Origin: a virus
Reading direction: 5' to 3' (one strand)
DNA length: 64,000 bases
Virus record (IMG/VR): IMGVR_UViG_2718218420_000001
Shown: positions 46,709-56,015 of the stretch, piece by piece
Layout: every line of letters starts with the position of its first letter
Numbering within the stretch: the stretch's first letter is position 1
The notes under the pieces: generated by a model
Databases searched by the model: none
The model's input: only the letters and a program-made list of their open reading frames with translations
What the model was told of the DNA's origin: nothing
Translations under genes and position numbers: made by a program

Positions 46709-46921
46709 ATGCATCACACACTCAACATCAAGGTATCCAGGGAGCGCCAGAGCGGTGGGATCATGGCCTGCCACCGGCTCACAGTGCGGGAGCGTCTGCT
46801 TCGCTTCTTCCTTGGTTGTCCCGTGAAGCTCACGGTGATCGTGCCGGGAGATTCCGTGGACGAGGTAGCCATCTTCGAGAAGGGGAAGGAGGGTGCATAT
46901 GCCGGCACGACCGCTTTATGA
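46709..46921 (+). CDS. Conserved small phage protein
   Basis: TVRERLLRFFLG...LTVIVPGDSV; SD AAGGA. Confidence 0.65.
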   Translation: MHHTLNIKVSRERQSGGIMACHRLTVRERLLRFFLGCPVKLTVIVPGDSVDEVAIFEKGKEGAYAGTTAL

Positions 46922-47408
46922 GCTTGCTGCAGGTTTCAACGCGCTCTTTGACCTCGTCTTGGATGAAACGATGGACTTGGAACTTTTGGAAGAGGGGCTG
47001 CAGTCCATCGAGTGCGCCCTTGAGGAGAAATGCGCGGGCGGCATCGCGCTCATCAAATCGCTGGAAGCGTATGCGGAGGCATACAGGAAGGAAGAGAAAC
47101 GCTTTGAAGCGCAGCGGCAGATTTTAGAGAACCGCATCAAACGAATCAAGGAGTGGTACCGGCAGAACCTCGATGCGATGGGGAAAACCAAAGTTCCCAC
47201 CAAGTATGGTGTCATGAGCGTTCAGAAGAACGGCGGCAAACAGCCCCTCAAGATTGACGATGCCGCTCTTATCCCGGAGGCATACCTCGTCACTGTGCCG
47301 GCGCATAAGGAAGTGAATCGCGAGGCTCTCTATGAGGCATTAAGCGGCGGCGAGGAAGTCCCCGGCGCACGTTTGGAGCCGAGAGGACGGAGTCTTCGGA
47401 TCAAGTAG
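46899..47408 (+). CDS. Siphovirus Gp157-family protein
   Basis: LYEL...EEKRF...IPEAY...GEEVPGARL. Confidence 0.8.
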   Translation: MPARPLYELAAGFNALFDLVLDETMDLELLEEGLQSIECALEEKCAGGIALIKSLEAYAEAYRKEEKRFEAQRQILENRIKRIKEWYRQNLDAMGKTKVPTKYGVMSVQKNGGKQPLKIDDAALIPEAYLVTVPAHKEVNREALYEALSGGEEVPGARLEPRGRSLRIK

Positions 47409-47422
47409 GGAGGAAATAGATC

Positions 47423-48424
47423 ATGCTGAACATTACGAAAGGGAAAATTGACCGCGCCCAAAAGGTGGTCATCTACGGGGCTGAGGGGATTGGAAAGTCC
47501 GGTCTTGCCGCAAAATTCCCCGATCCGCTCTTCATCGACACCGAGGGCGGCACGGCGCACATGGATGTGCGACGCATCGAGAAACCGCAGTCGTGGGAGG
47601 AAATGCTCTCCGTGGTCAAGGAAGTGGCAGCGACCAAGGATGTGTGCAGGACGCTGGTGCTGGATACCGCCGATTGGGCAGAGCAGTTGATCGTTAGCTA
47701 CCTCTGCACAAAGTACAAGCAGAACTCCATCGAGTCCTTCGGCTACGGCAAGGGCTATACCTATTTGGGCGAGGAGTTTTCGCGGCTTCTCGGCGCATTG
47801 GATATGGTTCTGACTTCTGGAGTTCATGTGGTGGTCACGGCACACGCCAAGATGCGGAAGTTTGAACAGCCGGACGAGATGGGGGCATACGACCGCTGGG
47901 AAATGAAACTCAGCAAGCAGGTAGCGCCGCTTCTCAAGGAGTGGTGCGACATTCTGCTCTTTTGCAACTACCAGACCTTTGTGGTCACCTCGGAGAACAA
48001 CACGCAGAAGGCACAGGGTGGCAAGCGTGTCATGTACACATCCCATCATCCCGCATGGGACGCAAAAAGCCGTGTGCCGCTGCCGGAGGTCTTGGATCTG
48101 GACTACAAACACATCGCTCATATCTTCTCGCGGGGGCAGACTCCGGCAGCCACAACCGTCAGGCAGACAGCAATGCAGGAGACACTGGCACCGCAGCAGC
48201 AGAACCTGCCGGAGGAAGAAAGCGCTGTCGATGTGTTTCGCAGCATTTTGAAGGAGAAGGGTGTCACCGAGGAGGAGGTGCGGCAGGTGGTCGCCGCGCG
48301 TGGGAAATACACAGTGGAGACCCCGATTGACTACTACCCCGACGAATTTTTGTACGGCTACGTCATCCGTTACTGGGATCAGATCTTTGACATCATTCAG
48401 CAAAACCGTAAGGCGAAAGGTTAA
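47423..48424 (+). CDS. AAA_24 / Sak4-like ATPase recombinase
   Basis: YGAEGIGKS, FIDTEGG, LDTADW, GYGKGY, KEWCD. Confidence 0.85.
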   Translation: MLNITKGKIDRAQKVVIYGAEGIGKSGLAAKFPDPLFIDTEGGTAHMDVRRIEKPQSWEEMLSVVKEVAATKDVCRTLVLDTADWAEQLIVSYLCTKYKQNSIESFGYGKGYTYLGEEFSRLLGALDMVLTSGVHVVVTAHAKMRKFEQPDEMGAYDRWEMKLSKQVAPLLKEWCDILLFCNYQTFVVTSENNTQKAQGGKRVMYTSHHPAWDAKSRVPLPEVLDLDYKHIAHIFSRGQTPAATTVRQTAMQETLAPQQQNLPEEESAVDVFRSILKEKGVTEEEVRQVVAARGKYTVETPIDYYPDEFLYGYVIRYWDQIFDIIQQNRKAKG

Positions 48425-48439
48425 GGGAGGAAATACATC

Positions 48440-48940
48440 ATGGCAGAATTTGTCAACAACAACGTGGGTATGGATTGGTCTGACACCATCGAGAGCGATG
48501 GTCAGGAATTCATTCTCCTGCCCGAAGGGGATTACAATTTCGTGGTGTCCGCCTTTGAGCGGGGGCGTTTTCCGGGGAGCGCCAAGATGCAGGCCTGCAA
48601 CAAGGCTACGCTGACCCTGCAGGTGGAAACGAAGCAGGGCGTCGCCAGTGTCCGCACCGACCTCATTTTGAACCGCCTCGTGGAGTGGCGCATTTCAGCG
48701 TTCTTTCGGTGCATCGGCTGGAAGAAGCACGGCGAGCGGCTGGCGATGAACTGGAACAATCTCGAAGGCGCAAAGGGGCGGGCGCACTTCAAGCCCCGCA
48801 AATATACAGACCGGGACGGCAACGAGAAACAGACTAACGATGTGGATCGCTTCTACGATTATGACGAGAAGTTCTTTCCGGTCGAGGACTCTGCGGACTT
48901 CGGCGGGATTCCCGTCAGCGCGGCGGACATTCCGTTCTGA
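48440..48940 (+). CDS. DUF669-like ssDNA-binding protein
   Basis: LLPEGDY...FFRCIG...; acidic C-terminal DIPF. Confidence 0.75.
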   Translation: MAEFVNNNVGMDWSDTIESDGQEFILLPEGDYNFVVSAFERGRFPGSAKMQACNKATLTLQVETKQGVASVRTDLILNRLVEWRISAFFRCIGWKKHGERLAMNWNNLEGAKGRAHFKPRKYTDRDGNEKQTNDVDRFYDYDEKFFPVEDSADFGGIPVSAADIPF

Positions 48941-48955
48941 TGGGAGGAGAAGCAA

Positions 48956-50530
48956 GTGGAACTTAGACCGTACCAGGTCGAGGCGAAGCAGGCAATCCTT
49001 TCCGCATGGAGCGAGGGGCATCGAAAGACGCTCCTCGTCCTCTCCACAGGGCTTGGAAAGACGATTGTGTTTTCCTCGGTGACAGAACATCAAGTGAAGT
49101 TGGGACACAGAGTCCTCATCATGGCGCATCGTGGGGAGCTTCTCACCCAAGCCGCCGACAAGCTGAAGATGCTCACAGGACTTGACGCTGCCTTTGAGCA
49201 GGGGGAAAACCGCAGCCTCGGCAGTTTCTTTCCCGTGACGGTAGGATCGGTGCAGTCTCTTTGCCAAGAAAAACGGCTCTCGATGTTCCCCAGGGATTAC
49301 TTTCAGGACATCATCGTGGACGAAGCCCATCATTGTTTGTCGGAGAGCTATCAGCGTGTGCTTTCGCATTTTCCAAACGCCAATGTCCTCGGCGTAACGG
49401 CAACACCCGACCGTGGAGACAAGCAGACGCTCGGCACATTTTTTGACTCACAGGCTTATGAGTATTCCATGAGCCGCGCCATTCGGGAGGGGTATCTCTC
49501 TCCCGTCAAGGCACGGATGATTCCTTTGCAGCTGGACATCAGCAAGGCCGGAATCTCCGGTGTGGATTACAACGCGGCGGACATTGGCTGCGCCTTGGAG
49601 CCGTATCTCCATCAGATTGCAGACGAGATGGCGCGTTACTGCAGGGGCAGAAAGACCGTAGTCTTCCTACCGCTCATCGCCACATCGCAGAAGTTCTGTC
49701 GGATGCTGAATGACATCGGCATGAGGGCGGCGGAAGTCAATGGCATGAGCGATGACCGTTCGAAAATCCTCGCAGAGTTTGAGCATGGCATGTACGACGT
49801 GCTGTGCAACTCCATGCTCCTTACAGAAGGTTGGGACTGTCCCGCTGTGGACTGCATTGTAATTTTGCGCCCCACCAAAGTGCGGAGCCTCTATCAGCAG
49901 ATGGTGGGACGGGGTATGCGGCTCTTTCCGGGCAAGGAGAACTTGCTGTTGTTGGACTTTCTCTGGCTGACGGAGCGTCACGATCTCTGCAGACCGTCGT
50001 CTCTCATTGCCAAGGACGCGAACATCGCCGCAATGATGGATGAAAACCTCCGAAATGACGAGGAAGTGGACATTCTCGAAGCTGAAGAGGAAGCGGAGCG
50101 GGACGTGCTGCGTGAACGGGAGGAGGCACTGGCGCGGGAACTTGCCGCGATGCGGAGCAAGAAGAAAAAACTTGTCGATCCCATCCAGTATGCGCTCTCC
50201 ATCGCCGCCGAGGATCTCACCAGCTATGCACCGACCTTCCCTTGGGAAATGGGACCGCCGTCCGAAAAACAGCTTGCTTTCCTCGAGAATCGCGGCATCC
50301 TGCCCGATACCGTGGAAAATGCCGGTCTTGCCTCTCTCCTCATCGACCGTCTGAAACGGCGACAGGAGGAAGGACTCGCCACACCCAAGCAGATCCGCTG
50401 TTTGGAGCGTTACGGCTTTCGGCGCGTAGGCACATGGCAGTTCGACACCGCCAGTGCTCTGATCTCTCGCTTGGCGATGAATCATTGGCGCGTCCCCCAG
50501 GGGATGACGCCGTCCGTATATACACCGTGA
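48956..50530 (+). CDS. DEAH/ResIII-type helicase
   Basis: TGLGKT, DEAHH, TATPDR, LTEGWD, QMVGRG. Confidence 0.9.
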   Translation: MELRPYQVEAKQAILSAWSEGHRKTLLVLSTGLGKTIVFSSVTEHQVKLGHRVLIMAHRGELLTQAADKLKMLTGLDAAFEQGENRSLGSFFPVTVGSVQSLCQEKRLSMFPRDYFQDIIVDEAHHCLSESYQRVLSHFPNANVLGVTATPDRGDKQTLGTFFDSQAYEYSMSRAIREGYLSPVKARMIPLQLDISKAGISGVDYNAADIGCALEPYLHQIADEMARYCRGRKTVVFLPLIATSQKFCRMLNDIGMRAAEVNGMSDDRSKILAEFEHGMYDVLCNSMLLTEGWDCPAVDCIVILRPTKVRSLYQQMVGRGMRLFPGKENLLLLDFLWLTERHDLCRPSSLIAKDANIAAMMDENLRNDEEVDILEAEEEAERDVLREREEALARELAAMRSKKKKLVDPIQYALSIAAEDLTSYAPTFPWEMGPPSEKQLAFLENRGILPDTVENAGLASLLIDRLKRRQEEGLATPKQIRCLERYGFRRVGTWQFDTASALISRLAMNHWRVPQGMTPSVYTP

Positions 50531-50546
50531 AAGGACGTGATTTTTC

Positions 50547-52556
50547 ATGGACAAGAATATCTTGTCGGCTTTGAAGTACATCAACGTTGCGGAGGTTGAC
50601 CGCGCCGACTGGATTCAGGTAGGCATGGCACTCAAGGAGGAAGGTTATCCATGCTCCATCTGGGATGATTGGAGTCAGAGAGATCCTCGTTACCATCCCG
50701 GCGAATGCGAAAAGAAGTGGGCGGGCTTTAGCGGCACGGCCACTCCCGTCAAGGGTGGCACGATTGTGCAGATGGCGAAAGAGCGCGGCTGGATGCCCTG
50801 CGCTGAGGGAGCAATGGCATGGGACGACACCATCGAATATGACGGCAACGACGGCTTCAATGGATTTTCTCCGCCTGATGCGTGGAATCCCGTGCAGGAT
50901 TTGATCGACTATCTTTCTCTGCTATTTGATCCTGCTGACCGAGTGGGCTATGTCACGGGTGACGTATGGCAGGATGGCGAGGGTAAGTGGCTGCCCAGTA
51001 AGGGCGTGTATGACCGCACGGCAGGGGAGCTGATCGCATCCCTCAAGAAGCACGCCAATGACATCGGAGCAACCGTGGGTGACTGGAAACCCGAGGTGGG
51101 CGGTTGGATTCGGTTCAATCCGCTGGATGGTGAGGGCGTGAAAAACGACAACGTCACCAAGTTCAAGTATGCCTTGGTGGAATCCGACACACTTCCCATC
51201 GCCGAGCAGGATGTCCTCTTCCGCAAGCTGGAACTGCCGATTGCAGCGCTCGTTCATAGCGGGGGCAAGAGCCTCCACGCCATTGTGCATGTGGATGCCA
51301 TTGACTATGAGGAGTACCGAAAGCGGGTGGAGTTCCTCTATGACTTCATGGAAAAGCAGGGCGTACCCATCGACAAGCAGAACCGCAATCCCTCACGGCT
51401 TTCCCGGATGCCGGGGCTTACTCGAAACGGCAATCGCCAGTACCTCGCCGCAACGAACATCGGCAGGAAGTCATGGACGGACTGGATGGATTTCGTGGAG
51501 GGCGTGACGGATGAACTTCCACCGATGACCCCACTCTCGGCGTACAAGGACAATCCACCTTTGCTCCCCGAAGAGTTGATCCACGGAATCCTGCGGCGCG
51601 GGCATAAGATGCTCATTTCCGGATCGTCCAAGGCAGGAAAGTCGTTTCTCCTCATGGAGCTTTGCGTCTCCATCGCCGAGGGAATCCCGTGGCTGGGGTT
51701 CGCTTGCCGCCAAGGGCGGGTACTGTATGTCAATCTCGAAATTGATCCGGCAAGCTGCATCACCCGCTTCCTCAAAATTTACGATGCCCTTCATCTGTCT
51801 ATGAACAAATCGGAAAACATCGTCATCTGGAATTTGCGCGGACATGCCGTTCCGCTCGACCAGCTTGTGCCAAAACTCGTCCGCCGTGTTCGTGACCTGC
51901 ACTTTGATGCGATCGTCATCGACCCCATCTACAAGGTCATCACCGGGGACGAGAACAAGGCATCCGAGATGGGGCAGTTCTGCAACCAGTTTGACAAGAT
52001 TTGCACGGAAACCGGCTGCTCCACGATTTACTGTCATCATCACAGCAAGGGCGCACAGGGAAACAAGCGAGCGATGGACAGGGCTTCCGGCTCCGGCGTA
52101 TTTGCCCGCGACCCCGACGCCCAGCTCGACATGATCCAGTTGGAACTTGATGACGACATCAAGAACAACCTGCGCGATGGCAAGGCTACCGCTTGGCGAT
52201 TGGAGTCGAGCCTTCGCGAATTCGAGAACATCGAGTCGGTGAACTTCTGGTTCGAGTATCCCATTCATCGGTTGGACACGAATGGAAATCTCGGTGAGAT
52301 GCCCGCGCAGGGAACACTGGAGGCGGGACGCATGAAGAACAGTCACTCAAAGACTGCCGAGGCGTGTGCGGAGGAATTCCGAAACGCCTACCAGGCACTC
52401 AATATGGACGGAAACGTGACGGTTTCCGACATGATGGGTTATCTCAATGTATCGGACAAAACCGTCTACGCAAGGCTCAAAAAATTGGACGGCGAATTCA
52501 TCCTCAAAAAAGGTCGTATTTTAAGGAATGACGGGGCTTCCAAGGATTTTGAGTAA
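50547..52556 (+). CDS. PriCT-2 + primase + AAA_25 replicative primase-helicase
   Basis: WIQVGMALK...WDDWS; HSGGKSLHA; GSSKAGKS; VIDPIYK; HHHSKG. Confidence 0.9.
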   Translation: MDKNILSALKYINVAEVDRADWIQVGMALKEEGYPCSIWDDWSQRDPRYHPGECEKKWAGFSGTATPVKGGTIVQMAKERGWMPCAEGAMAWDDTIEYDGNDGFNGFSPPDAWNPVQDLIDYLSLLFDPADRVGYVTGDVWQDGEGKWLPSKGVYDRTAGELIASLKKHANDIGATVGDWKPEVGGWIRFNPLDGEGVKNDNVTKFKYALVESDTLPIAEQDVLFRKLELPIAALVHSGGKSLHAIVHVDAIDYEEYRKRVEFLYDFMEKQGVPIDKQNRNPSRLSRMPGLTRNGNRQYLAATNIGRKSWTDWMDFVEGVTDELPPMTPLSAYKDNPPLLPEELIHGILRRGHKMLISGSSKAGKSFLLMELCVSIAEGIPWLGFACRQGRVLYVNLEIDPASCITRFLKIYDALHLSMNKSENIVIWNLRGHAVPLDQLVPKLVRRVRDLHFDAIVIDPIYKVITGDENKASEMGQFCNQFDKICTETGCSTIYCHHHSKGAQGNKRAMDRASGSGVFARDPDAQLDMIQLELDDDIKNNLRDGKATAWRLESSLREFENIESVNFWFEYPIHRLDTNGNLGEMPAQGTLEAGRMKNSHSKTAEACAEEFRNAYQALNMDGNVTVSDMMGYLNVSDKTVYARLKKLDGEFILKKGRILRNDGASKDFE

Positions 52557-52559
52557 ATT

Positions 52560-52670
52560 CTTCTTCTACGCTGTTTATATATACATATAAACAGAAGAAA
52601 CGTCGTTACCCTCCCAAAGTGGGAAGGACGTACTACGTCCTGTCCTTCCCCTTTGAGGAGAGTAACGTGA
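52560..52670. other. Putative prophage 2 replication origin (palindromes)
   Basis: CTGTTTATAT-atac-ATATAAACAG (52571-52594) and a long imperfect inverted repeat at 52604-52667. Confidence 0.5.
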
Positions 52671-52712
52671 CAAAACAGCCGAGAGGAACCAAAAGAAAGG
52701 CAGGTTTAGAAA

Positions 52713-53180
52713 ATGATATTTTTCCTCGACATCAATCCTCCTACGGTGACCGCGCAGGAGAAATCCGTGCGGATCGTGGGCGGCAGACCGATATTTTATG
52801 ACCCGACTCCCCTAAAGAAGGCAAAGGTGCTTCTGACCGCACATCTGGGGAAATATCGTCCGACCGCACCTCTGGACGGAGCCTTAGAGCTTCGCACCAC
52901 ATGGCTCTTCTCGGTGGGCAAATCCCATAAAAGCGGCGAGTGGCGCACGACCCGCCCGGACACCGACAATCTGCAGAAAATGCTCAAGGACTGCATGACC
53001 AGGTGCGGCTACTGGAAGGACGATGCCCAAGTCGTGCGGGAGATCGTGGAAAAACAGTGGGCGGCAGAGCCGGGGATTCACATTGAGATCAAGCAGCTGG
53101 GCTTGCAGCGTACCTCGAACCGCAATGGAGAAGGCTACAGCGACCCTACGGCAAGAGACGCGCTGAGGCACTGCAAGTAA
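52713..53180 (+). CDS. rusA: RusA-family Holliday junction resolvase
   Basis: TRPDTDNLQKMLKDCMT...WKDDAQV. Confidence 0.85.
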   Translation: MIFFLDINPPTVTAQEKSVRIVGGRPIFYDPTPLKKAKVLLTAHLGKYRPTAPLDGALELRTTWLFSVGKSHKSGEWRTTRPDTDNLQKMLKDCMTRCGYWKDDAQVVREIVEKQWAAEPGIHIEIKQLGLQRTSNRNGEGYSDPTARDALRHCK

Positions 53181-53197
53181 GAAAGGAGCAGATCGCT

Positions 53198-53710
53198 ATG
53201 AACATGATTTATATTTCCCATCCCTACACGGGGGCTGAAAAAGAGAACCGCAAGGCAGCAGCGGCGATTGCAGCAGAGTTTTCCAAGAAATATCCGCATA
53301 TCTTGTTCGTTAATCCGCTCGATGGCATGCGGCACTTGAAGGCCGCCAAGATTCCCTACGATACGGTCTTGGAACAGTGCAAGACGCTTCTCGGCAAATG
53401 CAACGGTGTGATCATGGCAGGCAACTGGAAGAACAGCAACGGCTGCATGGAGGAATATCTGTACGCCGTTCATCATCGGCTGACAATTTGGGAAGGTACA
53501 GAGGAATTTGACAGCGAGGAAGTCATGCCCCATGACCGCTGCGGAACGCACGCGTCTTGCAAAAAATGTATCTGCACATCCTGCGCCCATCGACTTACAT
53601 GCTGGAACTGCAACGACTGTGTGCAGGAGGCGGGGCAGACTGTTCCCATAGGATATACAGGTGGCGACGTTTGGCAGCCGGGCTGCTCCCGCTACGAAAA
53701 GAAGGGCTGA
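53198..53710 (+). CDS. DUF1937/DUF4406-like protein with Cys-rich C-terminus
   Basis: IYISHPY...WKNSNGCMEE; CKKCICTSC...CWNCNDC. Confidence 0.7.
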   Translation: MNMIYISHPYTGAEKENRKAAAAIAAEFSKKYPHILFVNPLDGMRHLKAAKIPYDTVLEQCKTLLGKCNGVIMAGNWKNSNGCMEEYLYAVHHRLTIWEGTEEFDSEEVMPHDRCGTHASCKKCICTSCAHRLTCWNCNDCVQEAGQTVPIGYTGGDVWQPGCSRYEKKG

Positions 53711-53712
53711 TC

Positions 53713-54123
53713 ATGATGACCGCTAAGGAATATCTGAGCCAGGCATTCAAGATTGACAGAAAAATAGACAGCATGCTGGAACAGTCCGTGCGGCTGCGCA
53801 GCATGGCCACCAAGACCACCACCGTTCTTAGCGATATGCCGGGGCGTGCAACAAAGAATCCGCACAAGCTCTCCGATGTGGTGGTGAAGTTGGTGGAGCA
53901 GGAGGAAGAGATTGATCGTGAGATTGATCGCTTGGTAAGCCTCCGCGCCGAAATCTATGGCGTGATACAGGCTGTGGAGGATATGGATGAGCGGTTGGTC
54001 TTGGAGATGCGCTACATGGGGTATCACACGGTCACGGAGATTGCCAGGCGCATGGAAGTCGGGGAACGGCAGATATACCGTATCCATGAGCGCGGTCTGC
54101 AAAGTGTGGTCGTTCCTTCGTGA
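53713..54123 (+). CDS. DUF1492 / RinA-ArpU-like late-gene activator (prophage 2)
   Basis: MTAKEYLSQA...VLEMRY...EIARRM...RQIYRIHERGL. Confidence 0.8.
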   Translation: MMTAKEYLSQAFKIDRKIDSMLEQSVRLRSMATKTTTVLSDMPGRATKNPHKLSDVVVKLVEQEEEIDREIDRLVSLRAEIYGVIQAVEDMDERLVLEMRYMGYHTVTEIARRMEVGERQIYRIHERGLQSVVVPS

Positions 54124-54130
54124 AGAGAAG

Positions 54131-54239
54131 GAAATGTCATGAAATGTCAGGGAATGTCATGAAATGTCAAAAAGCGGAAAAATGTCACAAAATGTCAGTG
54201 AATGTCAGATTGATGTCAGTATGACCAATGTGATATGAT
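54131..54239 (+). promoter_or_regulatory. Late promoter: eight ATGTCA repeats plus extended -10 TGATATGAT
   Basis: ATGTCA at 54134, 54144, 54154, 54164, 54182, 54192, 54202, 54213; -10 at 54231-54239. Confidence 0.75.
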
Positions 54240-54327
54240 AGACTCAGCAAAAATAGGATATGGAATCAGCCTTCTCGGAGAAGAAATTCTCCGCGAGGGC
54301 TTTTTTGATGCCACGAGGAGGTGCGCG

Positions 54328-54684
54328 ATGCCGAGAAAGCCGAAGCGACCCTGCCGCATGACGGGGTGTCCGAACCTTACGGATCGAAAGAGCTGCTACT
54401 GCGAGACGCACGAGAAAACGATGCAGCGGCACTATGACCACTTCACGCGCGGCTACGATCAGCACGAGAGATACGGCAGTGCATGGCGCAGGATTCGTGA
54501 TCGTCATTTGGCAGGGCATCCGCTCTGCGAGCAATGCAAAGAACGGGGGAGATACGTCCTTGCGACACTCGTGCATCATATCCGACCGATTTCTGAGGGA
54601 GGCACACATGATGAGAGCAATTTGATGTCGCTCTGCGTATCGTGCCATGAGCGGATTCACCAACGTGGCAGTGGCGACAGATAG
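54328..54684 (+). CDS. Terminase-associated HNH endonuclease
   Basis: Paralogue of 8218-8574. Confidence 0.9.
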   Translation: MPRKPKRPCRMTGCPNLTDRKSCYCETHEKTMQRHYDHFTRGYDQHERYGSAWRRIRDRHLAGHPLCEQCKERGRYVLATLVHHIRPISEGGTHDESNLMSLCVSCHERIHQRGSGDR

Positions 54685-54796
54685 ACCCCTAGGGGGAGGT
54701 CAAATCTCTAAAACCGCGCCGTTACTGGACCGGGGAGGGGGCGCACGCACAAAAACGTCAGTTCAAACGGGGTATTAAAGGAATGGGGGCGAGAAG

Positions 54797-55357
54797 ATGG
54801 CGCGTGACGGAACAAATCGCGGAGGGCGGCGTATCCGGGCGGGAGATAAACCTGAACCACTGACAGATAAAATTGCGGGCGGGCGCACGGCGCACATCAT
54901 GGAGTTCCCAACGACGGAGTTGGATGGCACAAACCTTGTGGATGCCGCCGACCTCTACGGCGAGGAAATGCCAACCCCGAGCGAATTCCTGTCCGCACGG
55001 CAGAGGAACGGAAAGCCGCTCGGTGCGGATGAGATTTTCCGCGAGACATGGTTGTGGCTGAAGGAGCGCGGCTGTGAGCGTCTCGTGAATCCTCGTCTCA
55101 TCGAAAGCTACGCACAGGCATTTGCCCGTTTCATCCAATGTGAGGAAGCAATGAGTCAATACGGGCTCATTGGCAAGCATCCGACTACAGGCGGGGCGAT
55201 TGCAAGCCCCTTCGTCCAAATGGGACAGGCGTTTCAGAAGCAGTCCAATCTGCTTTGGTATGAAATTTTCGACATCGTAAAGCAAAACTGCACCACGACA
55301 TTCAGCGGCTCGCCGCAGGAAGATCGTATGGAGCGGCTGCTGAGGTCAAGAAAATAA
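54797..55357 (+). CDS. terS: P27-family terminase small subunit
   Basis: Paralogue of 8686-9246. Confidence 0.85.
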   Translation: MARDGTNRGGRRIRAGDKPEPLTDKIAGGRTAHIMEFPTTELDGTNLVDAADLYGEEMPTPSEFLSARQRNGKPLGADEIFRETWLWLKERGCERLVNPRLIESYAQAFARFIQCEEAMSQYGLIGKHPTTGGAIASPFVQMGQAFQKQSNLLWYEIFDIVKQNCTTTFSGSPQEDRMERLLRSRK

Positions 55358-55399
55358 AAGAAGCATCCATAGATAGATGCTCCGTATTTTTAGTTTAGG

Positions 55400-55924
55400 T
55401 TAATCGAGATACTGGCTCAGATCAAGGACTCCGGCACAATACCAAAACAGACCATTCAAAAAGCCGTTGTCAGATCGGTATGTGCTTTCGGTATCATTCT
55501 TTCCGGTATTTGGAGAAACAGAACTCAAGAATTTTATGACCCGTTTATCTGTCTTGTAAGTGCTGAACCGAATGATCGTCGGAGAATGTTTCGCGGCATT
55601 TCCGTTACCGTCAGCACCTCCACTGCCATAATAAACAAGGCAAGAAATAATTGCTACACCATCTGCAATCTCGTACTTGCAACTTGTCTTATCAAGAAAG
55701 ATAGCGCCATATGTAGTGAGTCCAACAAGAGGATAGTTTGTGTCCCCAAACATATAATTCTGCTTTGGAGGTTTGTTGGGCTTTGGCAATGCGGCAACAG
55801 TCCGTACGTCATCACCATATTGTTCGACTTTGTTTGTAATGTCATAGCCGTCATATGGACTAGCATATGCTGTTGCAATAAAAAGAATCCAACCGGCAAT
55901 CAAAGAAAGTACTATCTTTTTCAT
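55400..55924 (-). CDS. Secreted hypothetical moron protein (absent from prophage 1)
   Basis: Signal peptide MKKIVLSLIAGWILFIATAYA; low GC; antisense. Confidence 0.7.
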   Translation of the reverse strand: MKKIVLSLIAGWILFIATAYASPYDGYDITNKVEQYGDDVRTVAALPKPNKPPKQNYMFGDTNYPLVGLTTYGAIFLDKTSCKYEIADGVAIISCLVYYGSGGADGNGNAAKHSPTIIRFSTYKTDKRVIKFLSSVSPNTGKNDTESTYRSDNGFLNGLFWYCAGVLDLSQYLD

Positions 55925-56015
55925 CACATAATCCCTCTCTTTCCAAACTCTCAACTCTATTTAGTTGATTCGGTAAAACATATAAAAAATCCTGCTTAGT
56001 TGAGGAGGTTAAACA

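Noticed and set aside
54131..54220. CRISPR-like or mini-array reading of the ATGTCA and GTTCA repeats
   Set aside because: Units are 10 bp with no unique spacers and no cas genes; they fit activator binding sites.
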